Source: an uncultured Bacilli bacterium (GTDB taxonomy: Bacteria > Bacillota_I > Bacilli_A > RF39 > UBA660). From it: 64,000 nt of DNA. Location of the stretch: assembly GCA_947624505.1 (NCBI GenBank), contig CANQKO010000005.1:1761-65760 (forward strand). Direction: 5' to 3'. This document shows, piece after piece, positions 1-9,400 of the stretch. The notes beneath the pieces were generated by a model, which did no database searches, was not told the origin of the DNA, and saw only the letters and a program-made list of their open reading frames with translations. Position numbers and translations under genes: made by a program. Each line of letters starts with the position of its first letter. The first letter of the stretch is position 1.

Positions 1-520
1 ATTCTTCACATAGTGAATCTGATAGTTGCCTTAATCTAGCATAAGTTTCTCTTTTATCATAATACCTTTTGCCATCTTTAAAACTAACAGAATTGATTAC
101 AAAATGATTATGATAATGCTTTGTATTAAGATGAGTGCTAACAATTACTTCAAAACGATCGCCCCACATTTCTTGTGCTAATTTAACACCAATAGCGTGT
201 GCTTGTTCTGGAGTAACTTCGCCCTCTTTAAAAGACTGGAATGCGTGAAAGCCTAATATTCCTCCAGTTTTATTATATTGCTTTTTAGTTAGTTGCATTT
301 CTTCGTAAGCACTCTCAACACAACAATTTAATGCAGATACATAATATTGTTTTTCTGTTTTAAAATCTGCTTCTGCATACTCATCAAGATTATGAAGTTC
401 ATAGTATGCTTCTTTGCCATAATCACTATTAAGAGTTTTTTCAATATTAGTTGTATAATCAATAACGTGGTCTAGTCGTTTTTCAATTTTCCATATTCCT
501 GTTGTAGCAATTATTATCAC
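1..520 (-). CDS. MOB relaxase/mobilization nuclease, N-terminal part (gene continues past window start)
   Basis: Absent from the ORF track because it runs off the window. My minus-strand translation from GTG 520 (alt. TTG 529; in-frame TAA at 530-532) reads (M)IIIATTGIWKIEKRLDHVIDYTTNIEKT...GFHAFQSFKEGEVTPEQAHAIGVKLAQEMWGDRFEVIVSTHLNTKHYHNHFVINSVSFKDGKRYYD. HLNTKHYHNHFVIN fits the relaxase histidine cluster (HxDxxHxHxHxxxN type). Sits downstream of mobC. Confidence 0.8.
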   Translation of the reverse strand, partial: MIIIATTGIWKIEKRLDHVIDYTTNIEKTLNSDYGKEAYYELHNLDEYAEADFKTEKQYYVSALNCCVESAYEEMQLTKKQYNKTGGILGFHAFQSFKEGEVTPEQAHAIGVKLAQEMWGDRFEVIVSTHLNTKHYHNHFVINSVSFKDGKRYYDKRETYARLRQLSDSLCEE

Positions 521-541
521 TCCTTTCAATTAACACTTTAA

Positions 542-847
542 CTATCTTTCGTAGTTATCTCTTTTATGATTTTTTTCAGTAGAATTTAAGTTTTTTTCAT
601 TTAGTTTTGCTTTCATTTCTTTTTCATAGTTATTTATCTGTTCCATACTTAACCACTCTGGCTTTTCTTCAAGTTTATTATAAATTTCTTTCATTGCTGA
701 TATTTGATTATCAACATTAGAAGCCCATAAGTGTTTTTCATATCCATTACCATTTCCTAAAAAATATTTGCAGTCTGATTCAAGCCTACTTAACATTTGA
801 TAAAGAAACTCTGGCTCATTATTATCTTTAAAATATTCCTTATCCAT
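542..847 (-). CDS. Hypothetical ICE protein between mobC and relaxase
   Basis: 101-aa ORF overlapping the mobC 3' end by 8 nt (operon mobC, this ORF, relaxase). Acidic helical protein with LESDCKYFLGNGNGYEKHLWA. I cannot name a family with confidence. Confidence 0.5.
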   Translation of the reverse strand: MDKEYFKDNNEPEFLYQMLSRLESDCKYFLGNGNGYEKHLWASNVDNQISAMKEIYNKLEEKPEWLSMEQINNYEKEMKAKLNEKNLNSTEKNHKRDNYER

Positions 848-1181
848 TGTCGCTCTCCTTTGGTTGTGGTAATAAAAACTCTTTTTTAATTTTTAACATA
901 AACTGATTCCATTTATCGGCTTCTTTTTTATATAATGGATAATCAACAAAGTTAAGTGAGTTTGCTTTGCGTGCAATTTGATTAAGATTATTTCCTATTG
1001 CTCGCATTTCGTTCATAACTTCATAAAAGCGATCGTCTGGTTTTTCTCTTGGCTCAAAACCTATAATAAAATTTCTAATAAGTTCTGATTCATTAAGTCC
1101 TACTTTTTTGGCTTTCTTTTTTAAAAGGGTTGCTTCCTCTCTATTGAGCCATACTTGTTTTTTGATATTTCTAGTTCTCAT
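840..1181 (-). CDS. mobC: Relaxosome accessory protein MobC (ribbon-helix-helix)
   Basis: 113 aa. N-terminal RHH-like KKQVWLNREEATLLKKKAKKVGLNESELIRNFI and the MobC signature MRAIGNNLNQIARKAN. Immediately upstream of the relaxase operon partner. Confidence 0.8.
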   Translation of the reverse strand: MRTRNIKKQVWLNREEATLLKKKAKKVGLNESELIRNFIIGFEPREKPDDRFYEVMNEMRAIGNNLNQIARKANSLNFVDYPLYKKEADKWNQFMLKIKKEFLLPQPKESDNG

Positions 1182-1326
1182 CTTGCACCTCCGACTTTTC
1201 TTTTTCTAATTGCAAACATCTTGCTTCCATTTCATTTATTCTATTGATTTGTAAACAACACATTAAAGTAGTCATTGCTAGACCACCAACTATCATACCT
1301 AATATAAAAAATAATAATTCTTTCAT
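1171..1326 (-). CDS. Small single-pass membrane protein (start moved to internal ATG with SD)
   Basis: ORF track gives 1171..1365. The internal Met (MKELLFFILGMIVGGLAMTTLMCC...) is preceded by AAAGGAAG, so 1326 is the more likely start. One hydrophobic helix, then a coiled-coil tail. Confidence 0.4.
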   Translation of the reverse strand: MKELLFFILGMIVGGLAMTTLMCCLQINRINEMEARCLQLEKEKSEVQDEN

Positions 1327-1412
1327 CTTTAAATCTTCCTTTCTAAAGTCATAAAAGATTAGCACAAAATAGCACTAATCTTCTAATCGTTTTATTATCT
1401 TTATTCTTATAA

Positions 1413-1493
1413 GGGGTTTTGGGGTTTTCCCCATATTAGAAAACTTACGGGAGTAGGTTTTCAGTGCTGGCTAGGACATTGTGTCCTAGTCAG
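1413..1493 (-). promoter_or_regulatory. Candidate oriT / relaxosome assembly region upstream of the mob operon
   Basis: Locally GC-rich non-coding stretch with three structures. GGGGTTTTGGGGTTTTCCCC (1413-1432; tandem GGGGTTTT plus a GGGG/CCCC hairpin). Inverted repeat GAAAAC-N12-GTTTTC (1439-1462). Inverted repeat CTGGCTAGGACA-TTG-TGTCCTAGTCAG (1467-1493). No U-tract follows on the coding strand, so it is not a typical terminator. Confidence 0.35.
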
Positions 1494-1496
1494 AGC

Positions 1497-2045
1497 CTAG
1501 TGTTCTAAAGTACATCTTCCACATTCTGAACAAAAGAATTTGCAATTTTTACATTCGTTTTCTTCAAAAAAATCTTCTAAATCTTCATCAATATTCTCTT
1601 GTTCTTCGTTCATTTCTTCTGCTTCAATTTCAAAATAATCGGTAGATAAATCTGGAATTTCTATATCAAGTTCATCAATTTTATCAAGAAAATCTTGTAC
1701 CATTTCCATTGCAATTTCTTCATTTTCTGCTTCTACTTCTACCTCAATTTGTTTAATTTTTTTTGCTTGAATTTTATATTTTTTCATATCATTTAATCCT
1801 TTCCCTAATAAATTTTTCTTATCAACATAGCCTGTAACTTTTAATAAATTTATAAAATCTATATCTAAAATTTCGCACATATTGATAAGTGTAATTAAGT
1901 TTGGAACAGTTCTAATTCCGTTCTCAATTCTTGTAACTTCTGGTTGGCTTATGCCTATATGTTGGGCTAGTTTATTTTTAGAAAACCCTTTTTCCATTCT
2001 TTTATTTTTTAAAATGCTGCCTAACAATAAATAATTAAATCTCAT
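1497..2045 (-). CDS. XRE-family HTH regulator with acidic linker and C-terminal Cys cluster
   Basis: HTH_3 motif FSKNKLAQHIGISQPEVTRIENGIRTVPNLITLINMCEILDIDF, a long acidic region, and the C-terminal CKNCKFFCSECGRC. Confidence 0.7.
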   Translation of the reverse strand: MRFNYLLLGSILKNKRMEKGFSKNKLAQHIGISQPEVTRIENGIRTVPNLITLINMCEILDIDFINLLKVTGYVDKKNLLGKGLNDMKKYKIQAKKIKQIEVEVEAENEEIAMEMVQDFLDKIDELDIEIPDLSTDYFEIEAEEMNEEQENIDEDLEDFFEENECKNCKFFCSECGRCTLEH

Positions 2046-2049
2046 AATT

Positions 2050-3009
2050 TTATCTCTCTCTTTCGTTTATTTTTTTATTTTTAATACCTAATTTTTCGCA
2101 TAAAAAATCATTGACATCTTTCCCATTTGGTACTGGACTATCAATGACTTCATATTGATCTTGTAATACTGTTTTTAGTGCTAATGTCATACTTCTACCT
2201 GTATAATCATTATCTAAATGAAGATATATCTTTTTAATTTCTGCGTGTTGATTAAGATAATAATTTAATGCCAAAGGTACTTTAACATCTTCAATTCTAG
2301 GAGGTGCTTTATAAACTCCTGCTAAAGATAAAAGGTGTGTATTGTACCATTCTTTATCATTTAATTTTAATAAAGTAGCATAAGAAAGTAAGTCAATAGC
2401 ACTTTCAAAAAGGTGTAGTGTATCGCTTTCTTCTATGGATTCTAACTTAAAAGAAAAAGCCTTATGGCTTCCTGTTACCTCTTGCATATATCTACTTTCA
2501 TTTGTACCTCTGCACATTGCGTATCGCACTTTCTTATCTTTATCATATCCTAAAAACACAACATTATTGCTTTTATTTTGCTGATAAATTAAATCATTAT
2601 CTATACATTCTTGTATAATGCTTTCATCAATTCCACGACTGATAAGATATGCCTTTACCCTATCATTATTCGGTGCTTTATCTGGTAAATAAAGCCTATC
2701 TGGAACTGTTTTTTTATTTGTTTTATATATCTTTGGTGGTGTAGTAATAACATTTCCTACAATAGTTTCTACTGCTTGTAAGAAAGAATAATCTCTTACT
2801 TTTATAAGATATTCTAATGCACTTTTACCACCTATACTTTGTGAAAACCAATACCACATTCCGTTTGATATTTTCAAACTATCGTGAGTACGAGTAGTAT
2901 AAGTTTCTCTACTAAAATGGACTAATTCTTCTGGCTCATAATTTCTTAAATAAGTAAGAAGATCCATTTGCTTTGCTCTTTGTATTACCTCTGGTGGATA
3001 ATATGCCAT
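2050..3009 (-). CDS. DUF3991/Toprim-domain protein (ICE primase-like)
   Basis: 319 aa. N-terminal region typical of ICE DUF3991 proteins (LTYLRNYEPEELVHFSRETYTTRTHDSLKISNGMWYWFSQSIGGKSALEYLI). Toprim acidic motifs LFESAIDLLS and IYLHLDNDYTGR. Confidence 0.7.
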   Translation of the reverse strand: MAYYPPEVIQRAKQMDLLTYLRNYEPEELVHFSRETYTTRTHDSLKISNGMWYWFSQSIGGKSALEYLIKVRDYSFLQAVETIVGNVITTPPKIYKTNKKTVPDRLYLPDKAPNNDRVKAYLISRGIDESIIQECIDNDLIYQQNKSNNVVFLGYDKDKKVRYAMCRGTNESRYMQEVTGSHKAFSFKLESIEESDTLHLFESAIDLLSYATLLKLNDKEWYNTHLLSLAGVYKAPPRIEDVKVPLALNYYLNQHAEIKKIYLHLDNDYTGRSMTLALKTVLQDQYEVIDSPVPNGKDVNDFLCEKLGIKNKKINERER

Positions 3010-3018
3010 AAATATTAC

Positions 3019-3363
3019 CTACCTTTCTTGTGCTTTTTGCTTTTGTTTTTGGACTTTTTCTATCTCGTCTAGGGTATCATAAATACTATCTTCTAATACT
3101 TGATGAATACCTGCGTCACAGTTCATCCACCCTTGATATAGTTCTTCCAATGGCTCTTTTGTTTTGCCTAATGCCTTAATTTTATCTATATCATAATGCT
3201 TATATTCTGGGTAAAAATCGCCCAAAATTTCTTCTTTGATTACTTTTTGATAAGCACCCTCAATAATTTTTTCTGGAGGTTGTTGCTTTAAATTATCTAT
3301 AAAATCGTTATATTCTTGTTGCATTTTATTATATAGATTTTCTCTTATTTTCATTTCTTCCAT
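3019..3363 (-). CDS. Conserved ICE hypothetical protein (DUF3848-like, from memory)
   Basis: 114-aa helical acidic ORF with an SD, in an operon with the Toprim gene. The family assignment is recollection only. Confidence 0.4.
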   Translation of the reverse strand: MEEMKIRENLYNKMQQEYNDFIDNLKQQPPEKIIEGAYQKVIKEEILGDFYPEYKHYDIDKIKALGKTKEPLEELYQGWMNCDAGIHQVLEDSIYDTLDEIEKVQKQKQKAQER

Positions 3364-3400
3364 AATTTTTTTACCTACCTTTCTTTTATATTTTTGAAAT

Positions 3401-3440
3401 AAAAAAAGAGCGATAATAGTTGTAATAACTAAAATCGCTC
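3401..3440 (-). terminator. Rho-independent terminator after the polyvalent gene
   Basis: Minus strand reads GAGCGAT-(loop)-ATCGCTC followed by TTTTTTT, starting 7 nt after the stop at 3447. Confidence 0.55.
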
Positions 3441-3446
3441 AATAGA

Positions 3447-6400
3447 TTATCTCTCATAATCCTTATCGTTTTTATCATAATTCACTTCGTCATCATCTGC
3501 TAAATCAATAACTTCCTTTTCTTTTTCAGCCAAATTTAACAAGATGTTTACTTCATCAAGTCTTTTAGATTTTTCTTTTAATTCGTCCTCTTGTTTAAAT
3601 GGTCTTTTCATTTCTTCTTTAGCATTTTCATATTGAACTTTAACATCATCTAACTTTATTTCTTCGTCTTTTAAATCTTCTGGAAGTCCATCTATAACAT
3701 TATTTATTCTAGTAATATTACCAAGAGGATCTGTTCCAAGTGTCGCACAATGTGTTAATTCATTTTTTAAATTAAGATAAAAATGTTTAAAAGTAGAGTC
3801 ATATTCTAATTCCATTTGGAAACCTCTATAACTACCTATATCTATTTTTTGTGTAGAAGTTATTGACTTACACAATTCAATAATCTTTTCTCCTGCTTGT
3901 GCTTTGTCTGTATAAACTACATCTTTAATAGTCATACTTACAAACTTTTCTTCACTATTTGGAGTATTATTTTTTGCACATTCTATATCATTTTTAAATG
4001 CTTCTATTCGGCTTTCTAGCCTTTTAATTTCACTTGGATAGAATTTTACAACTCTATCTTCTATTGCATAAATTTGACTTAAATGTGTCTGTTTTAACAA
4101 CTTTAATTTAGCAACTTCAGTATCAAGTTCTGTCTTTTCTATGATAAGAGGATTACCTGCTGCAAGTGCTTTTATCTCGGCATAAGAAAGTGCAGTTTCG
4201 TCAATATCTTCTGCAAATCGGACTGGAGTTTTTGATGTCATTATCTGTGAAATAAATCTTTGTTTATTCTCTACTAACTGATAAAGATATGCGTCAAAAG
4301 TTCCCTCTGTTACATAACGATATATATAAACTTCTGGATTTTGATTTCCCTGTCTGATAATTCTTCCACTTCTTTGAATTAAATCACTAGGTCGCCACGG
4401 ACAGTCTAAATCGTGTAATGCAATTAGTTTGTCTTGACAGTTTGTACCTGCACCCATCTTTTGTGTACTTCCCATAAGCACTCTTGTTTTACCTTTTCTA
4501 ACACTAGCAAACAATTCTTTTTTTCTAATATCTGTATTAGCATAATGAATAAATGTTACCTCATCATCTGGTACACCCATATCTAATAACTTTTGTTTTA
4601 AGTCATCATACACATTAAATTTTCCATCATTATGTGGTGTAGATAAGTCACAAAATACTAACTGGGTAAGTTTTTCGTCCTCGTGTTCTTTCCATATTCT
4701 ATAAATATTATTAGCACAAGTTGCTACTTTACTTTCTGGATCATCTGGCAATAACTCATTCATAAGTCTTTGGTCTAGTGCTAACTTTCTACCATCATTT
4801 GTTATCTTCAGCATATTATCAGTAGAGGAATCAACTTGTTTATTTCTAACTCTTTCTGCTCTTTCTGATAGTTCTTTTACCATTTCTTTTTGTATTTCTG
4901 TTGGTTTAACAACAACATTTTCATAGTTTGCTTTAGGCACAGGTAAATTTAACATCTCGGCAGTTTGTATGTCTGCTACCTCTTTAAAGAGTGACATAAG
5001 TTCTGGTAAATTATAGAATTTTGCAAAACGAGTTTTGGCTCTGTAACCTGTTCCCTCTGGTGCTAATTCTATCGCCGTGACTGTTTCGCCAAAGGTCGAA
5101 GCCCAAGCGTCAAAGTGTTGCAAGTTTCTTTTTTCTAGTTCGCCATATTGCAAATATCGTTGCATTGTATATAACTCTACCATTGAATTACTAATTGGAG
5201 TTCCTGTTGCAAATACAATACCTTTTCCTCCAGTTAGTTCATCTAAATATCTGCATTTCATAAATAAGTCAGAAGATTTTTGTGCTTCTGTTTGTGCTAT
5301 TCCTCCAACATTTCTCATTTTTGTGTATAAAAATAAGTTCTTATAATAGTGTGCTTCATCAACAAATATTCTATCAACACCAAGTTCTTCAAAAGTAACC
5401 ACGCTATCTTTTCTCGTTTGGTCGTTTAATTTAGCAAGTTTATTTTCAAGTGTCTTTTGTGTTTTTACTAATTGTTTTACTGTAAAATTCTCGGCGTGAC
5501 TATTCTTTAAATCTTGTATGCCTAACATTATATCTTGTATTTGTTTCTCTAGTATTATTCTCTGTCTTTCAACAGACATTGGTATTTTTTCAAACTGTGA
5601 GTGAGATATAATAACAGCGTCATAATCTCCAGTAGCAATTCTGGAACAGAATTTTTTTCGGTTAGCAGTTTCAAAATCTTTCTTTGTGGTAACGAGAATG
5701 TTTGCACTAGGATAAAGTTGTAAGAACTCGGAACTAAATTGTTCGACAATGTGATTTGGTACAACAAACATTGATTTATTACATAATCCTAACTTTTTAG
5801 ATTCCATAGCAGCAGCGACCATCTCAAAGGTTTTGCCTGCCCCAACCTCGTGGGCTAGTAATGTGTTTCCACCATATAAAACTCTAGCAATAGCATTGAT
5901 TTGATGAGGTCTTAAAGTTATTTCTGGATTCATACCGTGAAATTTAATATGTGAGCCATCAAACTCACGAGGACGGTTACTATTAAATCTTTCGTTATAG
6001 ATTTTACTTAATCTTTCTCTACGGTCTGGATCGTTCCATATCCACTCATTAAAAGCAGATTTTATTTGTTCTTGCTTTGCTTGAGCGATAGCAGTTTCTT
6101 TTTTATTTAATTCTGCTATTTTATTACCATTTTCGTCTGTTGTGTAATCATATACTCTAACATCTTTTAAGTTAAGTGTTTCTTCTATAATTTTATAAGC
6201 GTTAACTCTACCTGTTCCAAAAGTAGAATAGGACTTAACATTTCCTCTATCACAGTTTTTACCCTCAACATTCCATTGTCCTGTTGCTTCCATATAATGC
6301 ACTTTTACATTTTCTTGAACATTCCAAGATGGTGTTAAAAGATAGAATATAAAATCTCTTACTACATCTTCTGGTAGCCAAGTAGCACCAAGTCTAACGG

Positions 6401-9400
6401 CAATTTCACTAGGTTGTAAATCTTCTGGTTGTACCTCCTCCAGATATTTAACATTTACTTCAAATGCAGGATCGTCCTTTGCAAACTCTCTAGCAATTTT
6501 TAATTTTTCACGAACATTACCACTTAAATATTCATCAGCCGTTACCCAATTATTAGGCTCGCCATATTCTGGAACATTAAATATTTGCCCCTCTAAATCT
6601 TTTATCATTTTATCCATATCTAAATTACATAGTTTTTGCATAAATGGTAAATCAACTCTTGCTTTTTCAGATATAGAAACAATTAAAGCCTCATTTGCAG
6701 TATCAACTTCTGTTATCTCTTTATGTGGCAATATTGTTCTTTTAGTAAACATATCGGCTTTTCTTTTAAGTTCTTTATTCTCATCTAATATCTCAAGTGA
6801 GCATAACAAGTAAAAACTACTATCATTAGAAAAAGCAGAGGTATTGGCTCTGCTATTTATTAGACCGTATTTCTTTGTAAATCGGTCATATAATCTATTT
6901 AATTTTACTTGCTCGTCTTTTATTTCCGAATCTGGATAATCTTCTGTTTGTAATTCTAATAAAGTTCTTACACATTCTCTTATTTCTATTAAGCCCTTAA
7001 TACGGTTTTCAGTAGTAAGTGGTAACTCTTGTGGATACATTCTACTATTTTCACGATAATAGATTTTATCGTCAACTAAAGTATATGAGAAGTTTCTAAC
7101 ATTACAGTCGGCAGGAATAGATAAATCTTCGTCATCTTCGCCTATATCGTCTATTTCATATTCCTTTATTTCAGCGTGTATATTTTGAATAGCACTATTT
7201 AATTGTTCCTCTAGTGATATATCATTTACAGGCTTACAAGTAGAATCCATACCATATTGTGTACTTACCATTTCCATAGTACCACATATCATATCTGGGT
7301 TATCCACAAAATACTTATTCATTTTTATACCATTTTCATCAGTATCTAAATATACCCAGTCTGGCTCTAAATCAGTAATGGAATCACGCTTTTGTAAAAA
7401 GATAATATCAGCAGTCGCTTGTGTTCCTGCATTATCTTTAAAAGTTGTATTTGGTAATCTTATAGCACCTAACAACTCGGCTCTTTGTGCTATATATCGC
7501 CTTACGCTAGGATTTTCTTTATCAAGAGTACCTTTACTTGTGATAAATGCTACTATTCCACCCGGACGCACCTTATCAAGTGTCTTGGCGAAAAAATAGT
7601 CGTGAATAAGAAAATTATTCTTATCGTACCTTTTATCTAATAACTTAATACTATTGAAAGGAACATTACCAATAGCACCATCAAAAAACGAATCTGGTAA
7701 GTTTGTCTTTTCAAAGCCCTGTACTGCAATAGAAGATTTTTGATATAACTGTCTTGCTATTCTACCAGAAATACTATCTATTTCAACACCGTATAACTTA
7801 CAGTCTTTTAAAGTATCTGGTATCATACCAAAGAAATTACCAACACCACAAGCAGGCTCTAGTATATTGCCATCTTTCATACCCATACTTTCTAATGCTT
7901 TATACATTGTACGAACTACAACAGGTGGTGTATAAAATGAGGTAAGTACAGAATCTAATGCCATTTTGTACTCATCTTCATCAAGAATATTTTTAAGTTC
8001 TAAATATTCATTTGCCCAAGCACTATTGTTTTCTTCAAATGCTTGTGATAAACCTCCCCAACCTACATACTGCGAAAGTATAATCTGTTCTTCTGGAGTA
8101 GCAAATCGATTTTCTTTTTCGCAAAGTTTTAGTACCTTAATTGCTTCAATATTGCGTCTAAATTTTTCTCGATCACTACCTACACCTAAATTATCATCTG
8201 TAATATGAAAATTGTGTCTATCTTCGTTTTTAATTTCTGGGTGTATATCAAAAGTAGTAACTTTTGACCTTTTCCTTTTCGCAAATTCTGGCACTATGGT
8301 ATCTTCTTGTGGTGTTTCTTGTTCTTTCTTTTCAGCAAGTAATGACTTAATTGTATCTAGTTTTTCTACTCTAAATATAGGAAGTCCGACAGTATTAGCA
8401 AATGTTATATCCATTAACTCTACTTCATCTTCATCTACCTTATTTATTCTATATTTTCGGTCATTCCACTCAAATTCTGTGCCTAAAAGTTCATCATTTT
8501 CTTGTTCTATTTTTTCCTGTTCTTCTACTCTTATCTCATATTTTTGTTGATATTCTTTTAATCTTTTTAAATCATTATTATCAACTAATTTAATAGTACC
8601 ATCTTCATTATAATCAAATAATTGATTAAATAGAAAATCATAAACTTCTTTACCTACCCACTCATACTCGTCATCATACATTACAATTTCTTCATTAGAA
8701 TTAAAATTAACTGTAATGTCGTTCTGATTATATTCGTCTAAAATATGCTTTACTAAATCAACTTCATCATTATATTCGCCATATTCATTAGGTTGTGCTA
8801 TTTCTTCTCTTTGAGCAAAATAATCACTTGCCTCGCTTCCAAAAACATCTTTTATGGAATCAACATAACCAGTATAATTTATATCGTCTTTTGTAACTAT
8901 TGCAAATACATTTTTAGATAAATCATCTTCAAAAACATAGTTACTTAAATCTCTAACAGTAACATAGGCTTTTTCAAAATTAGTCTTTTTAAATGCCTCT
9001 TGAAACATATAAAGGTCTTTTTCTGTAAATAATTCTTGTGTTACCCAATATAAATTATTATCTATTACAGAACTTTCTTTAAAACGCATATTATGTGAAA
9101 ATTGCTTTTCAAATTCTACTGCACTAAATTTATCATTTTTTTCTTCAGTAATAATAACTTCTACTTTTAAATGGTCATTACAAGGATTTTCTCGTACTTT
9201 TCTATCAAACTCCTCGAATGTCATCTCTTGATTAAATAATGGATATTGATAATCATATAATCTAACAATATCATTATCTATTGATAATATTTCAAATTCA
9301 TCTGCACCTATATAGACCTTATCGCCTACTTTGTATCTATAATCATAAACACCATCTTTTTGAGTTTCTGTAACTTCTTTTTCTGTTTGTTTTTCTTGTT

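Noticed and set aside
5555-5767. 70-aa same-strand alternative-frame ORF inside the helicase module
   Set aside because: Unlike the TnpV ORF, it has no family-like sequence, has a low-complexity Leu-rich product, and shows no convincing SD. I treat it as a chance open frame.
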